This document shows positions 1-10,536 of a DNA stretch of 64,000 bases, piece after piece. Both the position numbers and the translations under genes were made by a program. The stretch is taken from positions 320,001 to 384,000 of the forward strand of contig OZ242274.1 of assembly GCA_965207375.1 (NCBI GenBank). The letters are read 5' to 3'. A model generated the notes under the pieces. It saw nothing but the letters and a program-made list of their open reading frames with translations. It did not search any database and had not been told where the DNA came from. The stretch comes from Nitrosopumilaceae archaeon (GTDB lineage Archaea > Thermoproteota > Nitrososphaeria > Nitrososphaerales > Nitrosopumilaceae). Positions within the stretch are counted from its first letter, which is position 1. Every line of letters begins with the position of its first letter.

Positions 1-10
1 GACTCTTGAT

Positions 11-1006
11 TTGGAAAAATTTGATCCCTGCAACATGCACAAAATTTATGACACCTGGCCAACCCTTGCTCAAAATGCATATAACTCTGATCTAAAGTCT
101 GTAGATTTTAAAAACATTGATCATATCGTATTTGCCGGAATGGGAGGTTCAGGAGCCATCGGAGATCTATTTTGTGCAATACTGTCAAAAGACGACATTC
201 ACGTTTCTGTAGTTAAGGGATATCTCTTGCCAAAAACAGTTGATGCACATACCTTGGTAGTTGTAACTAGTGTATCAGGTAATACCGTTGAGGCATTGAC
301 CGTATTGAATTCTGCAAAAAAACTTGACTGTAAATTAATTGCGTTTTGTTCTGGAGGCAAAATGGAATCCTATTGCAAATCCAACCAAATAGCGTTTAGA
401 AAAATTGATCAAATACATTCTCCTAGGGCCTCTTTTGTTACATTTGTATATTCTATGCTTAAGGTGTTAAATTCAATCCTGCCAATTAACAAACAAGACG
501 TTTTAGAATCCTTGCAGCAGATGAGGTTCCAGTCTGAAAAGATCTCATCTACAAATCTTAATGATTCAAACCCATCCCTTAATCTGGCAAAATTTCTTGA
601 CGACATTGCGTGCATTTACTATCCATACGGACTGTACTCTGCAGCAACTAGATTCAAAAACTCGTTGCAAGAAAACGCAAAAATGCACGTCTTTACCGAC
701 GATATAATTGAGGCATGCCATAATGGAATTGTTTCATGGGAGACGTCTTCTCGAGTCCTGCCCGTCTTGATTCGAGGCATTGATGATTATGAAAAAACCA
801 AACAAAGATGGGAAATCCTAAAACGATTTTTTACAGAAAATCACATAAAATACTTTGAGGTCTTATCCGTACCCGGAAACATTTTGTCAAAAATTATCAA
901 CCTAATTTACCTGTTAGATTACGCATCAATTTACCGTGCAGTTTTGTCAAAAGTCGATCCCACCCCGGTAAAATCTATTGACTTTATCAAGAACCATCTA
1001 AAATGA
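11..1006 (+). CDS. Bifunctional phosphoglucose/phosphomannose isomerase (SIS family)
   Basis: GMGGSG, SVSGNT, SPRAS, RFKNSLQENAK and EACHN motifs of PGI/PMI. Confidence 0.85.
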   Translation: MEKFDPCNMHKIYDTWPTLAQNAYNSDLKSVDFKNIDHIVFAGMGGSGAIGDLFCAILSKDDIHVSVVKGYLLPKTVDAHTLVVVTSVSGNTVEALTVLNSAKKLDCKLIAFCSGGKMESYCKSNQIAFRKIDQIHSPRASFVTFVYSMLKVLNSILPINKQDVLESLQQMRFQSEKISSTNLNDSNPSLNLAKFLDDIACIYYPYGLYSAATRFKNSLQENAKMHVFTDDIIEACHNGIVSWETSSRVLPVLIRGIDDYEKTKQRWEILKRFFTENHIKYFEVLSVPGNILSKIINLIYLLDYASIYRAVLSKVDPTPVKSIDFIKNHLK

Positions 1007-1115
1007 TCCAAACCGTGCACCGTCTCAATTGTACCATACTATTTCCATCTGTGAATAGCCCAGCCATAACTGCATCAGAAATAATATCTACTAGCAATTT
1101 AAGAGTAAAACTAGA

Positions 1116-2081
1116 TTGAAAATACTGCTTGTACTTTTACCCCTCTTGATTCTCGTACCATACAATGCATATTCGCAGACACTAGACATCTTTACTGACA
1201 ACTCTGTCTACTCTGATAATGATCCCCTATTTGTTTACGGCAAGGCGCTACCAAATGAAAATTTGATTATTCGATTAATTGCACCAGATGAAACAATAGC
1301 AAAATTTGATCAGATAACTGCAGATGATGCAGGCAACTTCTCCCATATGCTGTTGACATGGCCCGGAACCTCAATTGATTTTCCTTATGGCACATATACT
1401 GTTGAGACTATAAGCACATCCCAAAACGGCATATCTGCCAAAATCTTCCTCAAATTTTCTGCATCCACCGATCTAGTCGAGGTTCCAGTTGAAAGACATG
1501 TAAACACGATAATCTTTGCCCCAGAATCTGCAGCAGTTAACAATTCGATCAGAATATTTGTACAAACCACTAGTGATGGGTTGCTGATAGGAGACAACAA
1601 CCCGCAGGAACTATTACAAACATCTCATGTACACCTGCCTGACGGCCAAGTCGACAACCTATCCTCGTCATTTCTTACACTACACAACGGACTGTACTAT
1701 GTTGATTATGTACCAAAATATGAGGGAACATATGTATTTCATGTGGTATCATTTAATCAGGGAACAGTCTCCCATGGCTCAGCTGCTACAAATGTATTGA
1801 GTCAAGATCTTGGCGGCATATCTGATGAAATTACCCGACTAAACTCTATCCTCGATGAAACCTCTGTCAAACTTGATACATTAAAATCAGAGGTAAGCGA
1901 TTTTGGCACAATTTTAGATACTGCAAGCACAAACATTGACTCTAGTGTGGTCTCTATTGCCACATCAGTAGAAAACACCAAAGAGGCATCGGCGCAACTA
2001 AACTCGTTGCTGTTTCCAGTTGTTGCATCAATTGGAATTATTGTAGCCTTGCAAATCGTTATTTTGGCGCGTAGAAGGTAA
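1116..2081 (+). CDS. Secreted/membrane-anchored hypothetical protein with Ig-like N-part and coiled-coil stalk
   Basis: Signal peptide, heptad region, C-terminal TM helix followed by RRR (archaeal sorting-like tail). Confidence 0.6.
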   Translation: MKILLVLLPLLILVPYNAYSQTLDIFTDNSVYSDNDPLFVYGKALPNENLIIRLIAPDETIAKFDQITADDAGNFSHMLLTWPGTSIDFPYGTYTVETISTSQNGISAKIFLKFSASTDLVEVPVERHVNTIIFAPESAAVNNSIRIFVQTTSDGLLIGDNNPQELLQTSHVHLPDGQVDNLSSSFLTLHNGLYYVDYVPKYEGTYVFHVVSFNQGTVSHGSAATNVLSQDLGGISDEITRLNSILDETSVKLDTLKSEVSDFGTILDTASTNIDSSVVSIATSVENTKEASAQLNSLLFPVVASIGIIVALQIVILARRR

Positions 2082-2090
2082 TTATAATAC

Positions 2091-5000
2091 ATGTCAAAGA
2101 CGTATTATGACATGCCCACGGCGGCAATAATTCTATCACTTGTACTGATGACTAGTTTGGTAGGAACATCTTATGCGTTAATTGACCATGATCTACAGTT
2201 ACCACAGGCAGACTACATGCCTCCTTCTTCAGGAATCTTTGACATTCCAATACAGGCAACGATGCCTTTTGATGTAAAGCGGTATGTGATATTTGGAGGC
2301 GGAGGCGTGCCTGATTCCATATCTGCTGTATATCGTGCATCCTCCTTTAATGGATTCTTTGCAATAGCGCTCATCTCAGAAAAGGAGGTTCCAAAATTAC
2401 AGTCTGATGGATATTACATTGTAGAGGATTTTGAACTAGACTTTCATGATGCCCCTGACGGCTCGCGAATAGGTGCAATTACAGGCTCTGATTTTGTACA
2501 CGACGAGTTTGGTTATACGGGAGATGGTGTAACTGTTGCAATTGTTGATACGGGAGTTGACTTTTCAAATCTGGATCTACGCAGTTCGCTGTTAAGAGAT
2601 GACCAGAACCATCCTGTAATGCTAGACCCTGACGGCCAAGGCATAATACTTACAAATAATACATTTTATGCAGCAATTGATGATGACGGACTATTACTAG
2701 ACACAAAATCAATACCTGAGGAGGCAATATCGTCAGTATATAAAAATCGCGACGGCATCTTTTTAGACATAGCACAGGGCGGCAACGGAACAGAGATTTC
2801 AATCTATAACTCATTTTTCCCACAGGCAGGCGAGTCTGCCGTGTTTCATGCAAAGCTTACAGAAGACATCAAGATTGGCAACGATTCGCATGACTATATT
2901 GTCTCTAAAAGCGGATATTATCATCTAGGAATGATGTATCAGGGCGCACTACAAGGAAGTTTTGCAAGATTGCAGGTGGTTCCTGTTTTAGTTGTTGATG
3001 CAAATCTGCCCGGCGTATACGATACTGTCATACCTGATCTGTCTACGTCATGGCAGGACTATACCAGATATGATTTGCCAGACGGGCAGCAACCTCAATA
3101 CGACTTTGATTTTACAGATGAAAAGCCAATAGTGCTAGGAAGCGGAAACGAATTTCTAGTTTATGACTCTGATGATGACGGACGCATTGACTATAGCGCA
3201 GGTACAATCGGTGCGCGGGTTTTAGATGTATATGGTGTAATTGAAAACAAGACCTCTGCTGTCGAGCCGCACGTACTTGCAGTCAATGGAACGCTGCTTT
3301 ACCCAATTGATCCTGCCGGAAATTACTTTGGTGTAATGACTGACTTTGAAGGCCACGGTACTGCTAGTGCAGCATCCGTTGTTTCAAAGGGTGTAAACCA
3401 GTACGATATTTACAATGACACAAAAAAATACTCTATAACTGCAGTTGCGCCAGGCGCCAAAATCCTTCCAATAAAATCTCTCTGGTTTGGAGACGTCGTA
3501 TACTCTTGGCTGTGGGCTGCAGGATTTGAAAACGAAAAACAAAATTGGGAGTTTACCGGAGAGCCACGTGCAGATATAATCTCAAACAGCTGGGGTATAT
3601 CCAACTTTCCAAATATACAGTATGCTCCCGGACTAGACGTAATCTCTCTAATTCTTACTGTACTGTCTACCCCCCATTCTTTAGATGATGACTATCCTGG
3701 TGTTGTCATGGTTGTAAGTGCAGGCAACTCTGGACCCGGATACGGAACAATAGGCTATCCAAACTTGGCACCCTTTGCAATATCTGTTGGTGCTACAACA
3801 AACAACGTGTTTGTAGGATACGGTCCGTTTTCTGGGGAGCCAAGATTTGGAAATACGACTGATCACCTCAATCATGTAGTTGACTTTTCAAGCCGAGGAC
3901 CCGGAATAATTGGGGATCCTAAACCTGACATTATGGGTACTGGTGCACACGGATTTGTGCCATCTACAATGCTAAAACTAGAAAAAAATTCTGATGCTGA
4001 ATCCTTTTCATTGTTTGGCGGAACTAGCATGGCAGGACCCATCGTTGCAGCAAGTGCTGCGGTTCTAATGGAGAGCATGCGCGACCATCAGCAAGAGTAT
4101 GATCCATTTTTGATTAAGAATCTGTTAATGTCTACTGCAACTGACATACACAACGATGCATTCACACAGGGCTCTGGACTAGTCAATCTCAAAAATGCCG
4201 TAAAATTTGTAAAGGGAAAGGACGTCTTTTTGGTGTACAACGACGCCTCTTATTCTAACATACAAAACATACTGAATATGCCTATTGAGAACATCAACTC
4301 TACCATTTTGAATCTAGACCGGTTCCAATTATCTCACAAAAATTTTAACATGATGAGTTGGTTTGGAGGCCATCTGTCCTCGGGCCAGCGCAGCACTGCC
4401 ACCTTTACGGTGGAGAATCCAACAAATGACACACTAGAGGTTGCCATATATAGCCAAAAACTTGATCTCATCAAACAGTCAAACTATTCGGGAATCACAA
4501 AGCCAAAGCTGCAAGACAGAAATCTCAACGCAGAAGATACATACCGTCCAAACTATATAGCACTCTCTGATGTGAAAAATTTTACAGACCTGGGATCATT
4601 TTTTGACAAGACAAATCCGATTCCTTCTGACTCTGAATTGATGATTCTAACACTGCATTTTCCCTTTGAGACATTTATGAACAAAACAAACGACATTTAC
4701 GCCGAAGACTTGCAAATATCCTCGCTGTATCTTTATGACTGGCAGGATCACAACGACGATACTAGAGTAACTAGCGATGAACTCTCAATGGTTTCTCGAG
4801 GCGGCTCGTGGGGAACCGTTCAGCAGCTGCGTACAAGTGATCCAAGTACAAAGTTTGAAGGCACGCCGCTAGTTGGAATTTATCCGGTACCGACCAAATT
4901 TTCATTTTGGATTGCAGATTCTGGAATCGATGCAGTACCTATGAACTATACCCTGACTGCAAGCTACTACAAAAAGGACACCTGGGAGCCGGTCTGGATT

Positions 5001-6113
5001 GGTGATGACTCTATTATTGTTCCCCCAAAAAGCTCTGGACAAATTGATGCCACAATTGTCGTACCACATGATTACGAAACAGGTGTATATAATGGATTTT
5101 TGAAATTTTCAAGCACTGCACATGATGTCAACGTACCTGTCAGCTTTGTTGTAACTGAAACTATAACTGATGACTATACAGTACTGTTTAGTGGCAAAGG
5201 CTCTAATGATATTTTGTATCATCCAGGTTTTATCGGGGGGGCATTTGACATGACTAGTCGCTATATGGCCGGAGACTGGCGCCAGTATTACTTTGACATA
5301 CAAAATTCAAATCTAAACACTGCTGCAATAGAGATCTCTTGGGAGCAAGATGACACAAGCCTTGCAGTATTTGCAATTGATCCGGAGGGAAGGATAGTTC
5401 AGAGCAATGTACCCTCGGGGGTTTTTGGACACTTTATGGGATGGCCTTCCATAGACTGGCTTGGAACATCGCCTTTTAGCCAGGGCGGTGGTTTTTTTCC
5501 GGTAACAAACAAGGATGATACCTCAACTGTACTGTATGTGCCACTAAATCAAACAGGGACATACTCGCTGCTAGTTCACTCTACGCTTTTTGGAGGCAAA
5601 TCAATCACTGACCCCATCACACTGTCTGCAAAGTTTACAACAATTACAGACAAGGATCTACCTCCAACAATCAATTTATCTGTGCCAGATTATATTCATG
5701 ATGATACTTTGATATATCCGAATATAACTGACAACAATCTGTCTAGTGTAAAGTTTTTTGCAAACGATATTGAGATTTTTGTAAAGGACGACAGGTTGGA
5801 CTTTGACCCTCTTCCTAATGACAACTATACTATGACTGTAACTGCATTAGATGAGGCAGGAAACTATACAGTTGAACATTTTATGTTTGTAAAAAATTTT
5901 ACAAATCATACCTATGAGAAGATCCAAAATAATACCTCTTTACAAGACGACACAAAGAAAGTCAGCCCAGATTTACAAAATGATTCCAAAGTCACTATAC
6001 CAGACACCTACCAGGACAACTTTGATCCTGCCATAATTATAGTGCCAACTGTGATCGCCTTAGGTATTGTGATTGCAGTTTTGATAAAATTGGGAAATTC
6101 ATCAAAAAAGTGA
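2091..6113 (+). CDS. Large membrane-anchored subtilisin-like (S8) serine protease
   Basis: Catalytic triad motifs VDTG, HGT, GTSMA; SAGNSG; signal peptide and C-terminal TM. Confidence 0.9.
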   Translation: MSKTYYDMPTAAIILSLVLMTSLVGTSYALIDHDLQLPQADYMPPSSGIFDIPIQATMPFDVKRYVIFGGGGVPDSISAVYRASSFNGFFAIALISEKEVPKLQSDGYYIVEDFELDFHDAPDGSRIGAITGSDFVHDEFGYTGDGVTVAIVDTGVDFSNLDLRSSLLRDDQNHPVMLDPDGQGIILTNNTFYAAIDDDGLLLDTKSIPEEAISSVYKNRDGIFLDIAQGGNGTEISIYNSFFPQAGESAVFHAKLTEDIKIGNDSHDYIVSKSGYYHLGMMYQGALQGSFARLQVVPVLVVDANLPGVYDTVIPDLSTSWQDYTRYDLPDGQQPQYDFDFTDEKPIVLGSGNEFLVYDSDDDGRIDYSAGTIGARVLDVYGVIENKTSAVEPHVLAVNGTLLYPIDPAGNYFGVMTDFEGHGTASAASVVSKGVNQYDIYNDTKKYSITAVAPGAKILPIKSLWFGDVVYSWLWAAGFENEKQNWEFTGEPRADIISNSWGISNFPNIQYAPGLDVISLILTVLSTPHSLDDDYPGVVMVVSAGNSGPGYGTIGYPNLAPFAISVGATTNNVFVGYGPFSGEPRFGNTTDHLNHVVDFSSRGPGIIGDPKPDIMGTGAHGFVPSTMLKLEKNSDAESFSLFGGTSMAGPIVAASAAVLMESMRDHQQEYDPFLIKNLLMSTATDIHNDAFTQGSGLVNLKNAVKFVKGKDVFLVYNDASYSNIQNILNMPIENINSTILNLDRFQLSHKNFNMMSWFGGHLSSGQRSTATFTVENPTNDTLEVAIYSQKLDLIKQSNYSGITKPKLQDRNLNAEDTYRPNYIALSDVKNFTDLGSFFDKTNPIPSDSELMILTLHFPFETFMNKTNDIYAEDLQISSLYLYDWQDHNDDTRVTSDELSMVSRGGSWGTVQQLRTSDPSTKFEGTPLVGIYPVPTKFSFWIADSGIDAVPMNYTLTASYYKKDTWEPVWIGDDSIIVPPKSSGQIDATIVVPHDYETGVYNGFLKFSSTAHDVNVPVSFVVTETITDDYTVLFSGKGSNDILYHPGFIGGAFDMTSRYMAGDWRQYYFDIQNSNLNTAAIEISWEQDDTSLAVFAIDPEGRIVQSNVPSGVFGHFMGWPSIDWLGTSPFSQGGGFFPVTNKDDTSTVLYVPLNQTGTYSLLVHSTLFGGKSITDPITLSAKFTTITDKDLPPTINLSVPDYIHDDTLIYPNITDNNLSSVKFFANDIEIFVKDDRLDFDPLPNDNYTMTVTALDEAGNYTVEHFMFVKNFTNHTYEKIQNNTSLQDDTKKVSPDLQNDSKVTIPDTYQDNFDPAIIIVPTVIALGIVIAVLIKLGNSSKK

Positions 6114-6152
6114 AACAAGGTTTATAAACAATTTGTCGAGTACGGAGCTTGA

Positions 6153-6761
6153 ATGTCGGAGCAGGGTAGCCAAAAGGCTAGTAATTTATCCAGACGAGAC
6201 TTTCTAAAACTGATGGGCGCAGCAGGAACCGGACTTGCATTTGCACCCTTTGTTCCATGGGGAAACTTTATGCCAAACCCTAGCGGCGCATCTCTAGAAA
6301 AGGTACCAGTTGAGCTTCCTGATGGAACCCAAGCAAACGTTAACACATTTCCAACTAATTATGCTGAGGTAATCACATATCCAAAAACCGGAGACCGAGT
6401 TCTAGATTCAGAGGCATTTAAAAAATGGCAATTTATCAGGCTTCCAGAAGAATTGGGAGGTGCAGCCAAGGATGTATCTGCGTTTAGGGCATACAGCATG
6501 GTGTGTTTGCATCTTTGGTGTCTATGGTCATACTTTCCCGGAGAAAACCGTAAAAGAGGGGAATGCCCGTGTCACGGCACCATGTATGATCCGGTCAATG
6601 GGCAGGCCATACAGGGACCAGCATCGGTACAGGCAGAGCCATCAAACGTACTGCCACAGTTGCTGTTTGAAGTTGATTCTGACGGATATGTGTGGATAAT
6701 GCCGCCAAAGTGGAGCCCTCATGAAAATGGAGTTATAGGATATGGACGCTTCCTTAAATAA
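6153..6761 (+). CDS. petA: Rieske 2Fe-2S protein of complex III
   Basis: Tat signal SRRDFLK; CLHLWC and CPCHG boxes; directly upstream of cytochrome b. Confidence 0.9.
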   Translation: MSEQGSQKASNLSRRDFLKLMGAAGTGLAFAPFVPWGNFMPNPSGASLEKVPVELPDGTQANVNTFPTNYAEVITYPKTGDRVLDSEAFKKWQFIRLPEELGGAAKDVSAFRAYSMVCLHLWCLWSYFPGENRKRGECPCHGTMYDPVNGQAIQGPASVQAEPSNVLPQLLFEVDSDGYVWIMPPKWSPHENGVIGYGRFLK

Positions 6762-8292
6762 ACACACAGGTGCTGTCACCTTTTTTCAATGGGTTTGGGA
6801 CGGCATAGACAGAACCATCTTTACTGCATTAAAATTTTCATTTCCTGCCAGATTCGTAAGTCCTTTTGGATTCTTGGGAATGCTGACCTTTATTGTATTT
6901 GTCATTTTGGGAATATCTGGCGCGCTTTTGATGTTTTATTATCAGCCGATTTTGGACAGGGCATGGGACAGCGTGCAATTTATCAACGACGAGGTACCCT
7001 ACGGCTTTCATATTAGAAACATTCACTATCATGGTTCAAATGCGATGGTTCTTTTGGCTGTACTTCACATGTATTACCAGTATTTTAGCGGAAGATACAA
7101 AATACGAAATGAGATTCTTTGGGTAACTGGTGTCATACTAGGTGTCGTAACAATTTTGGAGGCCTTTACCGGCTATGATGTAATTTTCAGCGAAAGGGCG
7201 CAATTGGCAATCAGTATTGCAGCCTCGCTTACAAACTCGATGCCTGTTGTGGGCCCGCTCATGCGGGATGCGATGTTTGGAAACGGATTCTCTGACTTTG
7301 TTCTCAGGTTTTATGCCCAACATGTGTTCTTGCTACCCCTAGTAATGCTTGGACTTATGGCGGTGCACTTTCCACGATTTTTGGTATTTGATGTGCCAAT
7401 GGTCATGGCAATTGGAGGCGCCATCATGATTACGGGAGGTGTGTTCCCAATAGATATGGGCTTTAAGTTTGACCCTACGATTCCTCCAGGTATCACCGTT
7501 CCAGAATGGTATCTGACAGGCATCTATGCGTTTATGAGGACACAGTATGACAAGTTCGTCACCGGAATGGCCTGGCCGCTGATATTTATTATCGCGCTGA
7601 TTTTGACGCCGTTTTTGGACAGATACAAGAAATTCTCCTGGCGAGACAGGCCAATAGTGACTGCATTTGGCATAACAGGCATCTCTCAGGTCATGGTTAC
7701 CACTTATTGGGGATTCTATATTTCACCTGATTCTACCATTCCATTGGTACAGCGCCTTGTAATTGATCCAGTATTTTTGTATTCTGTAATGTTACTGCTT
7801 GTTCCGGTAGGATTCGGATTCAGCTATATGATGATAAAGCTCTCAAAGGAGGCAGAACGCAAAGCAAAGCTTGCAAAGGATCAGGGCCCAAAGAAGGTTG
7901 CCACAATTGATCTGTCAGAAAAATGGCTAAACTGGGTAATTGTAGCCTTGATTGCATTCCAAGTGTTCTTAAACATTGCAGCGTACAATGCGGCACTGAC
8001 TGGAATGAATAATTTGTCATTGTTCTTTGTTGGACTGATAATGCTAGTCTTTGCATCGCTGTTTCATGTGTACAGATACGCAATGGCAAAATCAAAAGAG
8101 GCTCCACCTCCACCCCCTACGACAGTATCTAATCAAAGACCTTTGGATATTGTAGAGGCCCCAGAAAATGCCGTCCTGCCACCAACTGATCCTCCAAAGC
8201 AGCTTACACAGGAAATTGCGACACCGCAACTCAAGGCTGACATTGACTCTGACATATCTCCTGCAGGATCTGGCGACGTACCAAAACCATGA
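6742..8292 (+). CDS. petB: Cytochrome b of complex III with C-terminal extension
   Basis: Heme His ligands (RNIHYHG, VLHMY, AQHV, AVHF) and PEWY motif. Confidence 0.92.
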   Translation: MDASLNKHTGAVTFFQWVWDGIDRTIFTALKFSFPARFVSPFGFLGMLTFIVFVILGISGALLMFYYQPILDRAWDSVQFINDEVPYGFHIRNIHYHGSNAMVLLAVLHMYYQYFSGRYKIRNEILWVTGVILGVVTILEAFTGYDVIFSERAQLAISIAASLTNSMPVVGPLMRDAMFGNGFSDFVLRFYAQHVFLLPLVMLGLMAVHFPRFLVFDVPMVMAIGGAIMITGGVFPIDMGFKFDPTIPPGITVPEWYLTGIYAFMRTQYDKFVTGMAWPLIFIIALILTPFLDRYKKFSWRDRPIVTAFGITGISQVMVTTYWGFYISPDSTIPLVQRLVIDPVFLYSVMLLLVPVGFGFSYMMIKLSKEAERKAKLAKDQGPKKVATIDLSEKWLNWVIVALIAFQVFLNIAAYNAALTGMNNLSLFFVGLIMLVFASLFHVYRYAMAKSKEAPPPPPTTVSNQRPLDIVEAPENAVLPPTDPPKQLTQEIATPQLKADIDSDISPAGSGDVPKP

Positions 8293-8386
8293 TATTAAAC
8301 AAGGTTAATAATACACAAAACGCGGCTTGGATAATTGACTAGTCATCCCGTATCCTTGGATGAAGAGCACCTCAACTATAACAAAA

Positions 8387-8740
8387 TCAAAGGGATAGCA
8401 ACACTCCAAAAACAATAACACTTTCAATCTCTTTGTGTTGCTCGATTATAGATGCCCTAAACTTTACCTCGTACTTTCTTTTTGCCTCAAATGCAAGCAT
8501 TGCTGTAAACTCTATTCTATTTTCTGGCATGGACTCTTTTGCTACAAACAGTCTGGCAGTATTTTGAGAAATTTTTTTTTTATTGTATGATTTAAACGTG
8601 ATTAGCTCGTTTGAATCAAGAACTTGCGTGTTAATTACCACCCCGTCGTATCTGCCTGGAAAATTTACTGTAACTTCTCCCCCAAACTCTACATTTGGAA
8701 CAAATTGTTCTGTTTCTAGTTTTAGTTCAATATCTTTCAT
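8387..8740 (-). CDS. Conserved hypothetical protein
   Basis: Open frame; likely ATG start MKDIELK at 8740. Confidence 0.55.
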   Translation of the reverse strand: MKDIELKLETEQFVPNVEFGGEVTVNFPGRYDGVVINTQVLDSNELITFKSYNKKKISQNTARLFVAKESMPENRIEFTAMLAFEAKRKYEVKFRASIIEQHKEIESVIVFGVLLSL

Positions 8741-9010
8741 AATTGTGAGAATTTTTATTGAAATAAATAATTTTGTCAAAGGTTTGATCCCTGCCCTGAT
8801 TTTGCAAAAATGACAAATCGTTTGCATGAGCATTTACCTGTTCCAAATTTACGCGTGATTTTTCAGATACGTGCATCGGTATACTGTACGTAGCATTGCA
8901 AAATCTGTATTATCTGTTGAATCCTGCATTTGATGCCTAGGGCATTTTTTCCAAATCCGGAACTATTCTATAAATCAATAAATATCATAACAGGGTAATA
9001 ATACGCGGGT

Positions 9011-9871
9011 ATGGCAGGCATCGAAGTATATGATAATTCCTTGATTGAACCAATTGAGCTGCGAATGATTAGACCATCACAGTTTCCAGTAAGATACTCT
9101 GCAAGAAAAAATTCACCAGAATTGATAGCCCTCAAATCAAGCATTAAAGATCACGGCTTACTTCAGCCCATAGTTGTTAGGCCTCTAGAACACGGCTTTG
9201 AGATTGTGGCAGGTCATAGGAGATTTGCTGCATGCAAGTCCCTGCGATGGCGATTTATCACCTGTAAAATACGTGAATTCTCAGACAAACAGGCATACGA
9301 GATCCAGCTTACCGAAAACCTACAGCGAAAGTCAATGGATCCTATCGAGGAGGCTGAGGCCTTTGAAAAATACGTGATAGATTTTGGGTGGGGAGGTGTC
9401 AGTGATCTTGCCAAAAAGATTGGAAAAAGCGAGGAATATGTATCACACAGAATGCAACTTTTAAAACTTTCAGAGGAGGTCAAGGACAAAGTGACCAACA
9501 ATGATTTAAGCGTCAGCAAGGCACTAGAGCTCACAAACATGGATGCCTCTCAGGTTCAAATGGCAGATGAAATAGTTGAGAACAAACTGACCGTCAAACA
9601 AATCAGAAAGATGAAAAGCAAGCTAAAGACAAATTCAGATCAAGCTAGCTCAGGCGAACCAAAATCCAAAGAGGCCAACATTGTTAGAAAAAGCACACTG
9701 GCCCTGAAAATCACACTATCACGAATCGATGATCTTATAGAGGATGCACACAAAGTCGGTCCAAAGGAGCGGGTAGATCTAATCAAGTTTCTGATGAGCA
9801 TGCGAAGAAAGACTCATTCCATGATAGATGAGACTCTAAAGTACAAAAAGAATATTCGCAAAAGGCGTTAA
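9011..9871 (+). CDS. ParB/RepB/Spo0J family protein
   Basis: SIKDHGLLQPIVVR, IVAGHRRF, ENLQR motifs and HTH. Confidence 0.9.
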   Translation: MAGIEVYDNSLIEPIELRMIRPSQFPVRYSARKNSPELIALKSSIKDHGLLQPIVVRPLEHGFEIVAGHRRFAACKSLRWRFITCKIREFSDKQAYEIQLTENLQRKSMDPIEEAEAFEKYVIDFGWGGVSDLAKKIGKSEEYVSHRMQLLKLSEEVKDKVTNNDLSVSKALELTNMDASQVQMADEIVENKLTVKQIRKMKSKLKTNSDQASSGEPKSKEANIVRKSTLALKITLSRIDDLIEDAHKVGPKERVDLIKFLMSMRRKTHSMIDETLKYKKNIRKRR

Positions 9872-9889
9872 CTTACAGCTGATGTCGGC

Positions 9890-10429
9890 TTATTTTCCAA
9901 TAAAGGGTGGAGCCCACTCTTTGAGAAATCTTTTGTATTCTGCCTCCGTATAGGAGAGTGCATAAAGTGAGGCATCTGTCTGCGGTACAAAATCATACAC
10001 CTCATAGGTTTGGATTATGTCTCCAAACAAATTTCTGTAAATGTCATTTTCCTCGTCTCCCATATCTGAAGACAAAAATGACTTTACCGTAATCCAATCG
10101 TATCCGCCCCGAGTCTTTCCTGAAAAAATCACAAACGGTGCATCGTTGAGATATTTTTTGAGTCCCTCTAGTCTGCTTGGAAGGGCCTGCGAGGTTCTAA
10201 ACGTAACTAGGTCAACGCGAACCACTCTGCCAGGAAGTTTTTTTGAATCAACTGATATCGTATATTTTTTAATTACTCCATCTTCCTCTAAGATTTTTTT
10301 GCGTGACTCTATTTCTTCTTCTGAAACATTATGACCAAATCCCTTTAGAAAATCCCAAAGCTCAAAGGTGCCCTGTTTTGAGTTTTGACTGAGTGCAGAT
10401 ATGATTAACTCGTCTATCCTATCAACCAT
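9890..10429 (-). CDS. Lrp/AsnC family transcriptional regulator
   Basis: D-x-ID-x-LIISAL, LEEDGVIKKY N-terminal wHTH and GGYD ligand-domain motif. Confidence 0.75.
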   Translation of the reverse strand: MVDRIDELIISALSQNSKQGTFELWDFLKGFGHNVSEEEIESRKKILEEDGVIKKYTISVDSKKLPGRVVRVDLVTFRTSQALPSRLEGLKKYLNDAPFVIFSGKTRGGYDWITVKSFLSSDMGDEENDIYRNLFGDIIQTYEVYDFVPQTDASLYALSYTEAEYKRFLKEWAPPFIGK

Positions 10430-10536
10430 TTAATGAGTATGTACCAAACTGATATTTAATAAATTTTAAAACAAAACTCAAATTCATTCGTAAAACTGCA
10501 TACACCACTTTAATACTATATAATTTTTGATCTGCT